Source: an uncultured Candidatus Bathyarchaeia archaeon
GTDB lineage: Archaea; Thermoproteota; Bathyarchaeia; 40CM-2-53-6
Assembly (NCBI GenBank): GCA_964598845.1
Contig: CAZRDM010000002.1
Span: 35,428 to 99,427, forward strand
Length of the DNA: 64,000 bases
Direction: 5' to 3'
A program made the position numbers and the translations under genes. The notes under the pieces were generated by a model, which saw nothing but the letters and a program-made list of their open reading frames with translations, was not told where the DNA came from and searched no databases. This document shows positions 50,182-60,414 of the stretch, piece after piece (position 1 is the stretch's first letter; the number at the start of each line of letters is the position of its first letter).

Positions 50182-51234
50182 TCACTTTGCCGAAATTCGG
50201 CTTGAGATTGCCTCCCCCATCTCCGAAGTGCTTAGTCTACCTCCAAGATCAGGAGTCACCTCTCCGGCCGCTAAGCAGGCTTCCACTGCGATGCGGATTG
50301 CATGGGAGGCCTTCGCTCCGTTCTGATCGTGTTTCTTTGCACTCAGCCAATCAAGCATCATTGCCGCTGAGAGGATCAGGGATGTGGGATTTGCGATGCC
50401 CTTACCCGCGATATCCGGTGCGCACCCGTGTACAGGTTCAAAGATGGCATAACTTTCGCCGATGTTCGCTGAAGGTGCAAGTCCCAGCCCCCCAACAACT
50501 TGCGCCGCCTCATCCGAAAGAATGTCGCCGAACATATTGGTGGTTACAATAACATCGAATTCCTCAGGATTTCGAATTAGATTCATTGCAGCAGCATCGA
50601 CAAGCATGTCTGAGAGGTGGATGTCGCTGTACGATGCGGCGACCTCTTTGCAGACTGACAGGAAGAGTCCATCTGTTTTCTTCATTACGTTTGCTTTGTG
50701 TATTGCAGTTACTCGCATCCTTCGTTGACGGGCCAGCTCGAAAGCGTACTTTGCAATCCGATAGGAGGCTCTTCTGGTGATCACGCGTGTTGCAGTAGCC
50801 CTTTGGTCGTCGCCCTCTTCTAGGCCCGAATACAGATCTTCAGAGTTCTCCCTGACGATCACAAGGTCTATTTGCGAACTGATACTGGGAACATTTGGAA
50901 GCGATTTCGCAGGGCGAACATTAGCGTACAGGTCCAGTTCTTGCCTCAGACGGACAATGACATCGTAGGCTGATTCTCCAACGGGGCCTTTCAGGCAACA
51001 ATCGCTTTTGCGGATTGTTCGCAGGCTATCCTCAGGTAATGCTTCGCCGCGACTTTTCAACGCCCGGTCCCCCGCTTCGACCGGAATCAAATCCAACGAT
51101 ACGGCAAAGGCACTGCCAACCCGGTTCAGAACGTCTCTTGTTGCTGCTGCCTGCTCAGGGCCGATTCCATCGCCTTCGACAAGTGCAATAGAATAGGTCG
51201 TAGATGGTCCTCCTACTTCTGAAGGCCGGACCAT
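50182..51234 (-). CDS. leuB: 3-isopropylmalate dehydrogenase
   Basis: [29 protein letters not shown] and EPVHGCAPD motifs. Start at ATG 51234 after CAGGAG. Confidence 0.88.
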   Translation of the reverse strand: MVRPSEVGGPSTTYSIALVEGDGIGPEQAAATRDVLNRVGSAFAVSLDLIPVEAGDRALKSRGEALPEDSLRTIRKSDCCLKGPVGESAYDVIVRLRQELDLYANVRPAKSLPNVPSISSQIDLVIVRENSEDLYSGLEEGDDQRATATRVITRRASYRIAKYAFELARQRRMRVTAIHKANVMKKTDGLFLSVCKEVAASYSDIHLSDMLVDAAAMNLIRNPEEFDVIVTTNMFGDILSDEAAQVVGGLGLAPSANIGESYAIFEPVHGCAPDIAGKGIANPTSLILSAAMMLDWLSAKKHDQNGAKASHAIRIAVEACLAAGEVTPDLGGRLSTSEMGEAISSRISAK

Positions 51235-52202
51235 CTCCTGATTTCCGCGCCGACTTTTTCTATGGAATGTTGCTCGAGTTTTCCCATCATCTGCTTGAGT
51301 TGCTCGGAAGCCTTCGCGGGCTCTCTGGTCCAAGACTTCGCGAACTTTCCGGATTGGATGTTTCTCAAAACTCTCCTCATGTTCTGGCGGACTTTCCGAT
51401 CGACCACTTTTGGTCCCACAGTCAGACCGCCGAACTTCGCGGTGTCTGAAACTCGACGTAACATCCCCACGAATCCATATTGGTAGACTAGGTCCATTAT
51501 GAGCTTCATCTCGTTGCAGGTTTCGTAGTATGCGAGTTCAGGGGAATATCCGGCATCTACCAGCGTCTCGTATCCTTCAAGAATGAGACACATCAAACCG
51601 CCCACAAGGACTGCTTGCTCCCCGAACAGGTCGGATTCAGTCTCGTCTTTGAATGTGGTTTCAATGACACCCGCTCGAGAGCAACCGATTCCCTTGCAGA
51701 GCGCCAAGACGAGTTCACGCGCTTGTCCTGAGGCGTTTTCATGGACAGCGAACAAGGCTGGGACGCCGAAGCCATTGATGTAGAGTTCGCGCAGTCGCTG
51801 CCCTGGGCTCTTAGGCGCCACCATGATTACATCTACGTTCTTGGGAGGAACAATATCTCGGAAGTGTATGTTGTATCCATGAGAGAAACTCAATGCTTTA
51901 CCCGTTTCGAGATGCGGCTCGATATCCGACTTGTAGACAGAGGGTTGCTGCGGATCCGGAATTAACAGCAAGATCGTGTCTGCTTGGGCAGCTGCGTCGG
52001 CGATCGCGAGGGGTTGAAAGCCATCACTCATTGCTAGCTGCCAAGAATTGCCTTCTCGACGGAGCCCCACAAGGATTTCGGCGCCAGAGTCTCGCAGGTT
52101 CAGGGCTTGGGCTCGGCCTTGACTTCCGTAACCGATAACGGCGACCTTGGCTTGACGAATCGGGGCCTCATCAATATCATTATCGTAGTATACCTTCACC
52201 AT
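51213..52202 (-). CDS. ilvC: Ketol-acid reductoisomerase
   Basis: [23 protein letters not shown] and SDTAKFG motifs. Confidence 0.97.
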   Translation of the reverse strand: MVKVYYDNDIDEAPIRQAKVAVIGYGSQGRAQALNLRDSGAEILVGLRREGNSWQLAMSDGFQPLAIADAAAQADTILLLIPDPQQPSVYKSDIEPHLETGKALSFSHGYNIHFRDIVPPKNVDVIMVAPKSPGQRLRELYINGFGVPALFAVHENASGQARELVLALCKGIGCSRAGVIETTFKDETESDLFGEQAVLVGGLMCLILEGYETLVDAGYSPELAYYETCNEMKLIMDLVYQYGFVGMLRRVSDTAKFGGLTVGPKVVDRKVRQNMRRVLRNIQSGKFAKSWTREPAKASEQLKQMMGKLEQHSIEKVGAEIRRWSGLQK

Positions 52203-52717
52203 TTCGCGGCACTCTCCGATGGGACGATTTCGCGAGATAGAGCTACGGCGCCTGTCCTCGCCACCTCCTTGAGTCCAAAGTTTCCAGCAAGTTTGATGAA
52301 AGCGTTGATCTTGTCCGGATCGCCGGAGACCTCGACCGTTAAGGTATCTGGAGATACGTCCACGATATTGCCACGAAACGTCTCAATGTAGTTCATTATC
52401 TCGGGTCTCATTGCGGGAAACCCTGGTGAGAACTTGATGAGGGCCAGTTCACGTATGGTTGCACTCCTTTCTTCTAGTGGCGAGACACTTCGGACATCGA
52501 TCAGTCTATCGATGTTCTTCAACACCTGATCGAATCGATTGTAGTCTGAGAACATTGTGAATGTCATTCTTGCGCAGCCCGGAGTTTCAGCTGGGCCGAC
52601 TGCAATGCTCTCAATGTTGAAGGATTTCCTACGAATGAGGTTGGTGATCCGAAATAACACTCCCGGTTTGTGTTCGACCAGTGCGGATATGATGCGAAGT
52701 TGCGTATCCTGACTCAT
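52196..52717 (-). CDS. ilvH: Acetolactate synthase regulatory subunit
   Basis: ACT domain ([14 protein letters not shown]), RELALIK and EVARTG motifs. Confidence 0.93.
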   Translation of the reverse strand: MSQDTQLRIISALVEHKPGVLFRITNLIRRKSFNIESIAVGPAETPGCARMTFTMFSDYNRFDQVLKNIDRLIDVRSVSPLEERSATIRELALIKFSPGFPAMRPEIMNYIETFRGNIVDVSPDTLTVEVSGDPDKINAFIKLAGNFGLKEVARTGAVALSREIVPSESAAKW

Positions 52718-54447
52718 CCGACAATCATCTCCCTAATTCCAGCGCCCGGCGGGAGCATTGGAAGGACGTTTTCTTCGGGTGATATTGGAACGTCGATTAC
52801 TGTTGTGACTGGGGAACGTATTGCCCTGTTGACGGCGGCCTCCAGCTCCGGAATGGTGTCGACGCGAACGCCTTCAGCCCCATAGGCCTGGGCCAGTTTC
52901 ACGAAATCGGGTGATCGACCCAGCTGGACACCTGAATATCGTCGATTGTAGAAAAATCGCTGCCATTGCGCGACCATCCCCAGCATACTGTTGTTTAATA
53001 TGATCACGGTGACGGGAATCTGTTCCTCGACGCTGGTGGCGAGGGAGTTTTCCGTCATTCGGAAGCTTCCGTCGCCAGCTATGTCAATAACTGGAACCTC
53101 CGGTCGTGCGACTTTGGCGCCGAGCGCTGCTGGGAATCCGAAACCCATCGTTCCCAAACCTCCTGAACTAAAGAATGTTCCTGGTTCGATCACTTGGAAG
53201 TGCTGCTCGCACCACATCTGATGTTGACCCACCTCCGTGGTTACTATCGCCTTGGACGGTATGAATCGCCGAATCATCTTGACTGTCTCCGCTCCACTCA
53301 GGCGCGAGCCATTGCCGTCAAATTCGGTGCCTGCCATTACCATCACTTCTTGGACACGTTTGACCCATGCCTCGCGGTGTTGCCCCATCAACTCGACTTG
53401 GACTTCACCTATCAGCGCCTGCAATGCCTTCTTGGCGTCGGCTACCAGTGAAACTACTGGGGCTTTGTAGTTCTTGCCGATCTCTGCTCTGTCCGCATCG
53501 ATGTGAATGACCTTTGTATTTGGAGCGAACTTCTCCATTTTGCCGGTGGTTCTGTCGGAAAATCTCGAACCTATGGCGAAGAGCACATCGCATTCTGGAA
53601 TTATCTTGTTTGTTCGCTCGGAGCCGTGCATTCCCATGCAGCCAAGAGCCAGTGGATGGTTCTCCGGGAATGCTCCCTTACCCATGAAAGAGGTTGCGAC
53701 CGGTGCGACTATGAGTTCGGCCAGCGCTTGGAGCTCATGATATGCGTTCGCGATCTTCACACCCCCGCCAGCAAGTATGATCGGACGCTGCGCGCCAAGC
53801 ATTGTACGAGCAATAGTCTTGATTATTGTCGGATCAGGATCAGGTAACGGCTGATAGTTCGGGAAATCAATATGGTCTGGGAATTCGACGTCGTCCTCGC
53901 CTTGCTGAACGTCTTTGGGAATATCTACTAAGACTGGCTGCGGACGTCGAGCCACCGCTAGGTAGAAAGCTGCCTTGATCGCGTAGGGTATTTCTCGCAC
54001 GCGCAGTGGTTGAAAGGTATACTTTGTTACCGAGGTCGCCATTCCAATCACATCTGTCTCTTGAAATGCGTCTGACCCGATTACGAAGGATGGAACTTGT
54101 CCCGTTATCGCGACGACTGGCGACGAATCCATGTATGCGGTTGCTAGGCCGGTCATCAGATTCGTCGCTCCAGGGCCCGAAGTTGCGATACATACTCCGG
54201 CTTTCCCAGAGACGCGCGCAAAGCCATCAGCCATGTGGGCTGCCGACTGTTCGTGCCGCACTAAGATGTGTCGTATCCCTCTGTAATCTGGCGGGGTGTA
54301 TCCTAGGTTTTGGTAGTCGTAGAGGACGTCGTAGATAGGAATGTTGGCTCCACCTGGAAGCCCAAAGACAACTTCTACTCCTTCTCTTTGCAGGGTTTCA
54401 ATGAGAGCCTGCGCGCCAGACATCTTGCCCAATGTTTGGATTTTCAC
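52714..54447 (-). CDS. ilvB: Acetolactate synthase large subunit
   Basis: FGLPGGA, RHEQ, TSGPGATN, VGQHQMW, GDGSF and LGMVAQWQ motifs. Start may be 54432 or 54423. Confidence 0.96.
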   Translation of the reverse strand: MKIQTLGKMSGAQALIETLQREGVEVVFGLPGGANIPIYDVLYDYQNLGYTPPDYRGIRHILVRHEQSAAHMADGFARVSGKAGVCIATSGPGATNLMTGLATAYMDSSPVVAITGQVPSFVIGSDAFQETDVIGMATSVTKYTFQPLRVREIPYAIKAAFYLAVARRPQPVLVDIPKDVQQGEDDVEFPDHIDFPNYQPLPDPDPTIIKTIARTMLGAQRPIILAGGGVKIANAYHELQALAELIVAPVATSFMGKGAFPENHPLALGCMGMHGSERTNKIIPECDVLFAIGSRFSDRTTGKMEKFAPNTKVIHIDADRAEIGKNYKAPVVSLVADAKKALQALIGEVQVELMGQHREAWVKRVQEVMVMAGTEFDGNGSRLSGAETVKMIRRFIPSKAIVTTEVGQHQMWCEQHFQVIEPGTFFSSGGLGTMGFGFPAALGAKVARPEVPVIDIAGDGSFRMTENSLATSVEEQIPVTVIILNNSMLGMVAQWQRFFYNRRYSGVQLGRSPDFVKLAQAYGAEGVRVDTIPELEAAVNRAIRSPVTTVIDVPISPEENVLPMLPPGAGIREMIVG

Positions 54448-54463
54448 TCCTTTAGAATCCAGA

Positions 54464-54594
54464 CCCGCCTTCGAACCGATTCAGTTCGAAAACGAGCTAC
54501 TGAAGAATGATGACTACGAGCGTGACAATCACTGAAAGAAGTTGCAGCGAGTCTTTCTTGAAGCGCTTGAGAGAGTTCGCCATCGCGCTCGTAG
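54464..54594 (-). promoter_or_regulatory. Attenuator-like RNA leader of the ilv-leu operon
   Basis: 13-bp hairpin CTCGTTTTCGAAC/GTTCGAAGGCGGG directly after the stop; CTACGAGCG (54594-54586) pairs with CGCTCGTAG (54522-54514); TTTATTA box at 54633-54627. Confidence 0.65.
54497..54583 (-). CDS. Ile/Leu/Val-rich leader peptide of the ilvBHC-leuBA-ilvD operon (28 aa)
   Basis: ATG...TAG encodes MANSLKRFKKDSLQLLSVIVTLVVIILQ; 12 of the last 16 residues are I/L/V. Confidence 0.8.
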   Translation of the reverse strand: MANSLKRFKKDSLQLLSVIVTLVVIILQ

Positions 54595-54864
54595 ACCTTG
54601 AAGCTTACGTCGGCTCACTAGCTCTCTAATAAATCTGTCGTCAATACGCTCCGTCCGTTTCGCGTTCTATTTTTCATGTCTCTCAATCGATTGGGGTGTG
54701 TGTTGAGCACGGAAGAATTTCGTTCCACTTACGGTGACGACACGCGTCCGCATAATTCAGGAAGAAGCCCAAAAGGGTACGCAATGACTCCGGTTGAACA
54801 GCTTGAGAATATTCTTCAAGCAGGCCCACACTCTCAGACATTCTGCCATTCGGTGTCATGCCAT

Positions 54865-55281
54865 ATGCGCATCCGCCGTTTTCAACTTCAGGATTATGAC
54901 AGAGTATTGACGCTCTGGAAAGACGCTGGTTTGCTCCTGCGCCCGGGAGACGAGCTCGAGGGCCTCAAACTGAAACTGCAACGGGACCCTGACCTGTTCC
55001 TGATCGCTGAGGATGAAGGTGAGATAGTGGGGGTTGTACTCGGTGCATGGGATGGAAGACGCGGCTGGATCAACCATCTCGCTGTAAGGCCGAACCACCA
55101 GCGGAAAGGTGTTGGCAGCTCGCTTCTCCGAGAGTTAGAGGCACGTTTAGCAGAGAAAGGGGCCCCCAAGATCAACGCACAAGTTTACCAGTGGAACACG
55201 AAGTCGATTGAATTTTTCAAAGCAAACGGGTATGAGGTCCATTCTGACCTCGTAATGGTGGGAAAATATCTCAAGAGATAG
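54865..55281 (+). CDS. GNAT-family acetyltransferase
   Basis: WDGRRGWINHLAV and QRKGVG motifs. Start at ATG 54865. Confidence 0.9.
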   Translation: MRIRRFQLQDYDRVLTLWKDAGLLLRPGDELEGLKLKLQRDPDLFLIAEDEGEIVGVVLGAWDGRRGWINHLAVRPNHQRKGVGSSLLRELEARLAEKGAPKINAQVYQWNTKSIEFFKANGYEVHSDLVMVGKYLKR

Positions 55282-55356
55282 ACGTACGAACTTATTTGCG
55301 AGAGTGTGCGTTGTAAAGCCCTCTTGTCCATTGCTTACATAGGATGAATTCTGCTC

Positions 55357-56517
55357 TTGTCCCTTCCAAGTCTCCCGAAGTTCGCGGAGGAACTGAGGAA
55401 CAAGCCCATAGATTCATTCATCTCAAGACTGCTGGAGATGCCGCCTGAGAGCAATGTATCGAAGATCATAGGTATGCTTAAGGAAGGTGGGGCATACGAA
55501 GCTTTCTTGCCAGAGGGCTCCCGTTGCGGGATTATCTCTGCCAGAGACGTTTTGAAGACCGCTAACGTTGAAGCTACGAAGCCGTCGGCCCTGATGTCCT
55601 ATGCCCCGGTACTTTCCAGAGAAGCATCGGTCGGCTTGGCTGCGAGACTGATGGCCGATTACAGAATACGAGCCGTTCCTGTAACCGACGGACGCAGGAT
55701 CGTGGGTCAAATAAACTCTGTGAGCCTACTCCAAGAGCTAAGAGGAAAGATCGATCGCGACCTGAGGATATCGTCAATCACTACAAAGAACCCGATCACG
55801 GTCGAAGCAGGGGCTTCGGTTGCGAAGGCCAAGGACATCATGGCAAGAAAAAGAATCGATCACCTGCCGGTTATGAGCAATGGGCATGTAACTGGCATCA
55901 TAACTTCCATCGATATTGTTTCTCGAATCCCTCCACAGGAACGTGTAGGTAGCAGGTCTATGAAACCTGAGATACGACGAAGTTTCGACTTTGCTGTCCG
56001 TGATGCCATGGACCCGACACCCCTGACCTGCGCACCGGAAATAGAGGCAAAACAGGCGTTGGATAAGATGCTAGACGGGGGAAAGACCTACATTCTCGTC
56101 ACGCAATGGGACGAGCTTCAAGGGATAGCGACCTACAGAGATTTTATGACGCTACTCGCGGAACCAGAGCCTGAACCTGAAGTCCCAATGTTCATGGTTG
56201 GGCTTCCTGAAGACCCATTCGAGGCCGAAGCCACGAAAACGAAATTCAAGCGAACGATTAATCAACTACACCGAAGCTTTCCCGACATCCTCGAAGCAAG
56301 GTCGGTGGTTAAGGCCAAGTTCAGTAGACCCGGCAAAGAGCGAGGTCGATATGAGGTGACGGTGCACATCAGAACCTCCAAGGACACGTACACGTACTCT
56401 GAAGGCGGCTGGGAGCTGCCAGCTATATACGACGCGATTACGGACAGACTAAAACGACTACTTACACAGAAACAAAAGCGAAGAAAACGTGAGAGGGAAC
56501 GGACCGAATATATCTGA
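55357..56517 (+). CDS. CBS-domain protein with additional C-terminal domain
   Basis: Repeated CBS motifs (IRAVPV, IDHLPV..GIITSIDI). Confidence 0.85.
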   Translation: MSLPSLPKFAEELRNKPIDSFISRLLEMPPESNVSKIIGMLKEGGAYEAFLPEGSRCGIISARDVLKTANVEATKPSALMSYAPVLSREASVGLAARLMADYRIRAVPVTDGRRIVGQINSVSLLQELRGKIDRDLRISSITTKNPITVEAGASVAKAKDIMARKRIDHLPVMSNGHVTGIITSIDIVSRIPPQERVGSRSMKPEIRRSFDFAVRDAMDPTPLTCAPEIEAKQALDKMLDGGKTYILVTQWDELQGIATYRDFMTLLAEPEPEPEVPMFMVGLPEDPFEAEATKTKFKRTINQLHRSFPDILEARSVVKAKFSRPGKERGRYEVTVHIRTSKDTYTYSEGGWELPAIYDAITDRLKRLLTQKQKRRKRERERTEYI

Positions 56518-56550
56518 TCAAGCTTCAGGCTGCTAAGGGGAGGACTAGAA

Positions 56551-58575
56551 TTGCTCTTACCCGCGAGGATGAGACGAGTCGAAATAATTGTACCGCAAAG
56601 GAACTTTGAAGATGCCATGCTCTATCTTCGCGAGCAGAATGCAATCGAGCTACTCGACGTAAAGGAGATGATCAAAGGATACGGAGGAGGAGTCAGGCCC
56701 GCCCCTGTTTCAGAGAGGCTTTATCGACTAACGACTCTCGAATCGAAAATTAGTTCGTTAGTCAGCACACTCACACTGGATTCGTTGCCTCCGACGCCTG
56801 TCCCCGTGGAGCTGCGCATCTCGGACGAGAAGACAGTTGAGGTCGAGAAAAAGGCCGCAGAGATCGAGCAGCAAGTCACCTCAACTACCAACGAGGCTCA
56901 AGCTCTGGAATCCCTCATCACATACGCCGAGCAACAGTTGAAGCTTAGCATTGAAGACATCGCAAAGATTGAGAATGTGAGCTCGCCTGAAGGCAGGCAC
57001 AGGCTAGAGGAGATAGTTGCCAGCATCTTTCAAACGCTCAAGCCATCCGAAATAGAAGTGGCAGGACCTCTCGGTGACCTAATACAAGCAAAGGCTCTAG
57101 AAGACGCTGTAGTCAAGGACATTACAGACAACGTCGCAAGGATTATGCGTGGAAAACGAGACGAAGGAGCAGTCGCAGACGCCATCACTCAGACTTTGGG
57201 TTTGAAGCTAAAAGCAGCTCTCAGAAGCAAACGCCTAGCATATGAAGCAACAAGTAGGATTGAAGAAGCGAAGAAACGTCTGAGTCAACTCCGTGAGAAA
57301 CTCGCCGAAATAAGCCGTGTCGAGGGGGAGTACCTGCTTGTTCAGCGCGAGGTCATTGCAGCTGAACGGGCCTTCGAACAGGCGAAGGGGTTCTGCGGGA
57401 AGACCGAATCCACGTACATGATCGAAGGATGGATGCCCTCCTCGAAGGTCAGCCGTATCCGATCTGAGCTCAAGGAAATATGTGCAGACGAAGTCATTAT
57501 GAAGGATTGGTCGAGTACACATGCACCAACAAGCCTGCAGAATCCGAAGCTTCCAACTCTCTCGATATTCGAGAAACTCACCGTGGGCTTCGGGATTCCG
57601 AAGAGTGATGAGGTTGATCCGACGGTTCTTTGGCTCGTGACTTACCCGATTTTCTTCGGTTTCATGTTTGGAGACGTAGGGAACGGCCTTGTCGTAATGC
57701 TGATCTCCAGCTTAATTTACCTCTACAAGAAACGCGGGCTAGTGATCCAAGACACCGCCTTCGGCGGATTGGGCGGAGTTTTCAACATGGTCGTTCAAGG
57801 TTCGCCCCTGCTTATACTCAGCGGAGGATCAGCATTCATCGTTGGTTTTCTCTACGGGACTGTTTTTGGGAATCCAGAATGGTTCGAGCTGATAACCGGC
57901 CTACATGGACCTTTATGGTTTGAACCCTTTGAGAATATTCGACTTATGCTCAGACTATCCATAACTATCGGAGTCATCCACATACTGTCCGGACTTCTCC
58001 TGAACGTATTCAACCAAGTCTACGCCAAGGAATACCGCGAATTGATCTCAGGCCCTGTTGTCTGGATCTGGTTCTACGGAGCATTCGGCATAACGCTCCT
58101 ACAGTATGGACTCAGATTTCCCAACTACCTCTTCGACCCACGAAGTGCAACCGACATCTTTCTACGCATGGGCGTTCCGCTGATAGCGATGATGGCCTTG
58201 AAGCTCTGGGCGGAAGGCGGAATGGGGTTAATGCACGCTTTTGAATCCATGTTAGCGTCGCTCTCCCACACGATATCCTACGTTCGAATACTTGCGATGA
58301 AGTTGATCGACGATGTATTCCTTCGCCTATTTTTGGGAGTCTTGGCATTCTTCACCGCCTGGGGTAACCTAATGGGAAGCGCGATTGGTTGGGTTCTGTT
58401 CGCGGCACTGACCACTATCCTCATACTGATACTGGAAACCGCCTTCGTCTTCATGCAATCGCTTCGACTTCACTGGGTGGAGTGGTTCCTCAAATTCTAC
58501 ACCGGAAGCGGAACAGCCTTCAAACCGTATGGAATCGAGAGAACCTACACGAAAGTACAGACTGGCCTGATGTGA
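56551..58575 (+). CDS. atpI: A/V-type ATP synthase subunit I (a)
   Basis: EVDPT, FFGFMFGDVGNG, SHTISYVRILA and LRLHWVEWFLKFY motifs. Confidence 0.92.
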   Translation: MLLPARMRRVEIIVPQRNFEDAMLYLREQNAIELLDVKEMIKGYGGGVRPAPVSERLYRLTTLESKISSLVSTLTLDSLPPTPVPVELRISDEKTVEVEKKAAEIEQQVTSTTNEAQALESLITYAEQQLKLSIEDIAKIENVSSPEGRHRLEEIVASIFQTLKPSEIEVAGPLGDLIQAKALEDAVVKDITDNVARIMRGKRDEGAVADAITQTLGLKLKAALRSKRLAYEATSRIEEAKKRLSQLREKLAEISRVEGEYLLVQREVIAAERAFEQAKGFCGKTESTYMIEGWMPSSKVSRIRSELKEICADEVIMKDWSSTHAPTSLQNPKLPTLSIFEKLTVGFGIPKSDEVDPTVLWLVTYPIFFGFMFGDVGNGLVVMLISSLIYLYKKRGLVIQDTAFGGLGGVFNMVVQGSPLLILSGGSAFIVGFLYGTVFGNPEWFELITGLHGPLWFEPFENIRLMLRLSITIGVIHILSGLLLNVFNQVYAKEYRELISGPVVWIWFYGAFGITLLQYGLRFPNYLFDPRSATDIFLRMGVPLIAMMALKLWAEGGMGLMHAFESMLASLSHTISYVRILAMKLIDDVFLRLFLGVLAFFTAWGNLMGSAIGWVLFAALTTILILILETAFVFMQSLRLHWVEWFLKFYTGSGTAFKPYGIERTYTKVQTGLM

Positions 58576-58603
58576 GAACGGAAAACTTAAGCTGCGATTA
58601 GAA

Positions 58604-58759
58604 TCAGGCGCGAATCGGAGAACTGCTCAGAAGGCATTCCCTGTGACTCTGAATGATCCTGTCCAGTTCAGCCCTTAGTCTGGAACTTGGGATGTAGCCG
58701 ATAACCTCGCCTATCACGCGGCCTTGACGGAACATCTTGATTGTGGGAAGCCCCACGAT
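58604..58759 (-). pseudogene. C-terminal remnant of a thioredoxin-like gene
   Basis: IVGLPTIKMFRQGRVIGEVIGYIP...LRAELDRII resembles the cis-Pro half of a thioredoxin fold; an in-frame TGA precedes it and there is no CxxC. Confidence 0.55.
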
Positions 58760-58909
58760 TCACCCTCAAATTTCGTCGGGGTCTTTCTCGGTTTTCTGGT
58801 CATCTCAGTCGCATGGAAATAGATGAACCAGCCGCAACGGTTTGACGGCTTCTGTTTATATTGAGCTCTGTCGCTTTCCTACCAGACATAGGACCAGGAA
58901 GACAATCCA

Positions 58910-60229
58910 GTGAGTCGTTCCAGTTCAGTTCAGGTACAGGCGGCAAGTGACGTTGTCGCGGAGTTGCAGGAATATGGGATCACAAGAAACGAGGCCCGGG
59001 TCCTCGTATTCTTGGCGAAGACAGGCCCCTCGAAAGCAAGCGAGGTGGCCCGGGCAGTTCAGATTAACCGGACCGAAACATACAGGACCATAAGGAACCT
59101 GCAGCGTCGAGGTCTTGTAGAAGCCACGTTAGAGAGACCGGTTCGATTTCAGTCCGTCCCCTTTGACAAGTGCTTACAGGTCCTTATCGACGAGAGAAAG
59201 GCCAAGCTAAGACTTCTTGAACAGCGGGGCGAAACCCTCCGTCGCCAGTTTGAGGAGATACGTGTCGAGCCCTTTGCACGAGAGCTTGAGCGATTTCAGG
59301 TTGTTGAAGGGCGACTCCGAATAGAGCAAAGGCTCCAGAGCATGTATGCGAAGGCGGAGAAATCGGTGATGGGTGTCCTTTCGTCCTCCGAACTTCTGCG
59401 TGCAGATACTTCCGGACTTTTCGATTTGTTGGCACATGGCGCGAGTTTGGGTTTGAGAGTCAGAGTAATCACAGCGATAACAAGATCCAATTTGGATGTT
59501 GTGGAGAAACTTCAAGAGACCTTTGAGGTCAGACACCTCGACCTGAAGGCTAAGCCAATTCCGAGGGTCTCGATCATTGATGACAATGAGGCTCTGTTCG
59601 AAATAACGACGGCTGATGAGACTCCACGTACAGGCGAGGAAGTCGCGCTTTGGATTAACAGTCGGGCCTTCATAAGGAACCTTCAAGCTTACTTTGAGGA
59701 GATGTGGAACTCAGCCACGCCAGCTGAAAGCCGCATCGAAGCTCTGCGCAAGGGAATACCTCCCGATGAGCTTAGAATCTTCAAGGGCAGAGTGGAGGTA
59801 ACTGAGAAACTCAACGAGATGATCTCATCTTCCGATCGGAGTGTGGAGATTTGGACGACCGAACGTGGAATCCAAGCGTTAGCGGATTTTCACTTGGAAC
59901 AACTTAGACAAGCCAAAGCTCGTGGCAGTAAGATCCGAATCATTGCTCCCATCACTAGTGAAAATACAGAGGGTGCCAGAAAACTAGTTCCCGTTTCGGA
60001 ACTTCGCTACTCTGAAGCCCTAGGCCCAGCAGGAATCATGATCCTTGACCAAAGGGAGTTGATGCTATACGAACGACTTCCAGACGACAACAGTAAAGAT
60101 GTCGGAGCCGACGTAGGATTTTGGACTAACAGCACACGTTTCATCGAAACGATGAGTAGACTTTACGATTCGATGTGGAAAGGCGTGTTTGCGATATATG
60201 CTCCCAGACGCAGAGGTCTCCATCGATAG
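58910..60229 (+). CDS. TrmB-family transcriptional regulator with duplicated effector domain
   Basis: TrmB HTH (YGITRNEARV, YRTIRNLQRRGLVE) plus two similar C-terminal domains (FEEMWN and YDSMWK). Confidence 0.85.
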   Translation: MSRSSSVQVQAASDVVAELQEYGITRNEARVLVFLAKTGPSKASEVARAVQINRTETYRTIRNLQRRGLVEATLERPVRFQSVPFDKCLQVLIDERKAKLRLLEQRGETLRRQFEEIRVEPFARELERFQVVEGRLRIEQRLQSMYAKAEKSVMGVLSSSELLRADTSGLFDLLAHGASLGLRVRVITAITRSNLDVVEKLQETFEVRHLDLKAKPIPRVSIIDDNEALFEITTADETPRTGEEVALWINSRAFIRNLQAYFEEMWNSATPAESRIEALRKGIPPDELRIFKGRVEVTEKLNEMISSSDRSVEIWTTERGIQALADFHLEQLRQAKARGSKIRIIAPITSENTEGARKLVPVSELRYSEALGPAGIMILDQRELMLYERLPDDNSKDVGADVGFWTNSTRFIETMSRLYDSMWKGVFAIYAPRRRGLHR

Positions 60230-60414
60230 TCAGTCAAAGAAGAACCTACGAGATTGCAGCCACTCTACTCGCATTTGACTCTGCTGCAAATGGTCATATC
60301 TCTTGGGGGTCCCGGCTCGTGGTCAACACGGGATTCTCAGAAACACGCACGGCGCAGTCCTCGTTTAGATTCAAACGCGTTACTACCGAACACGAATTCC
60401 CAGCACATTAAAGT

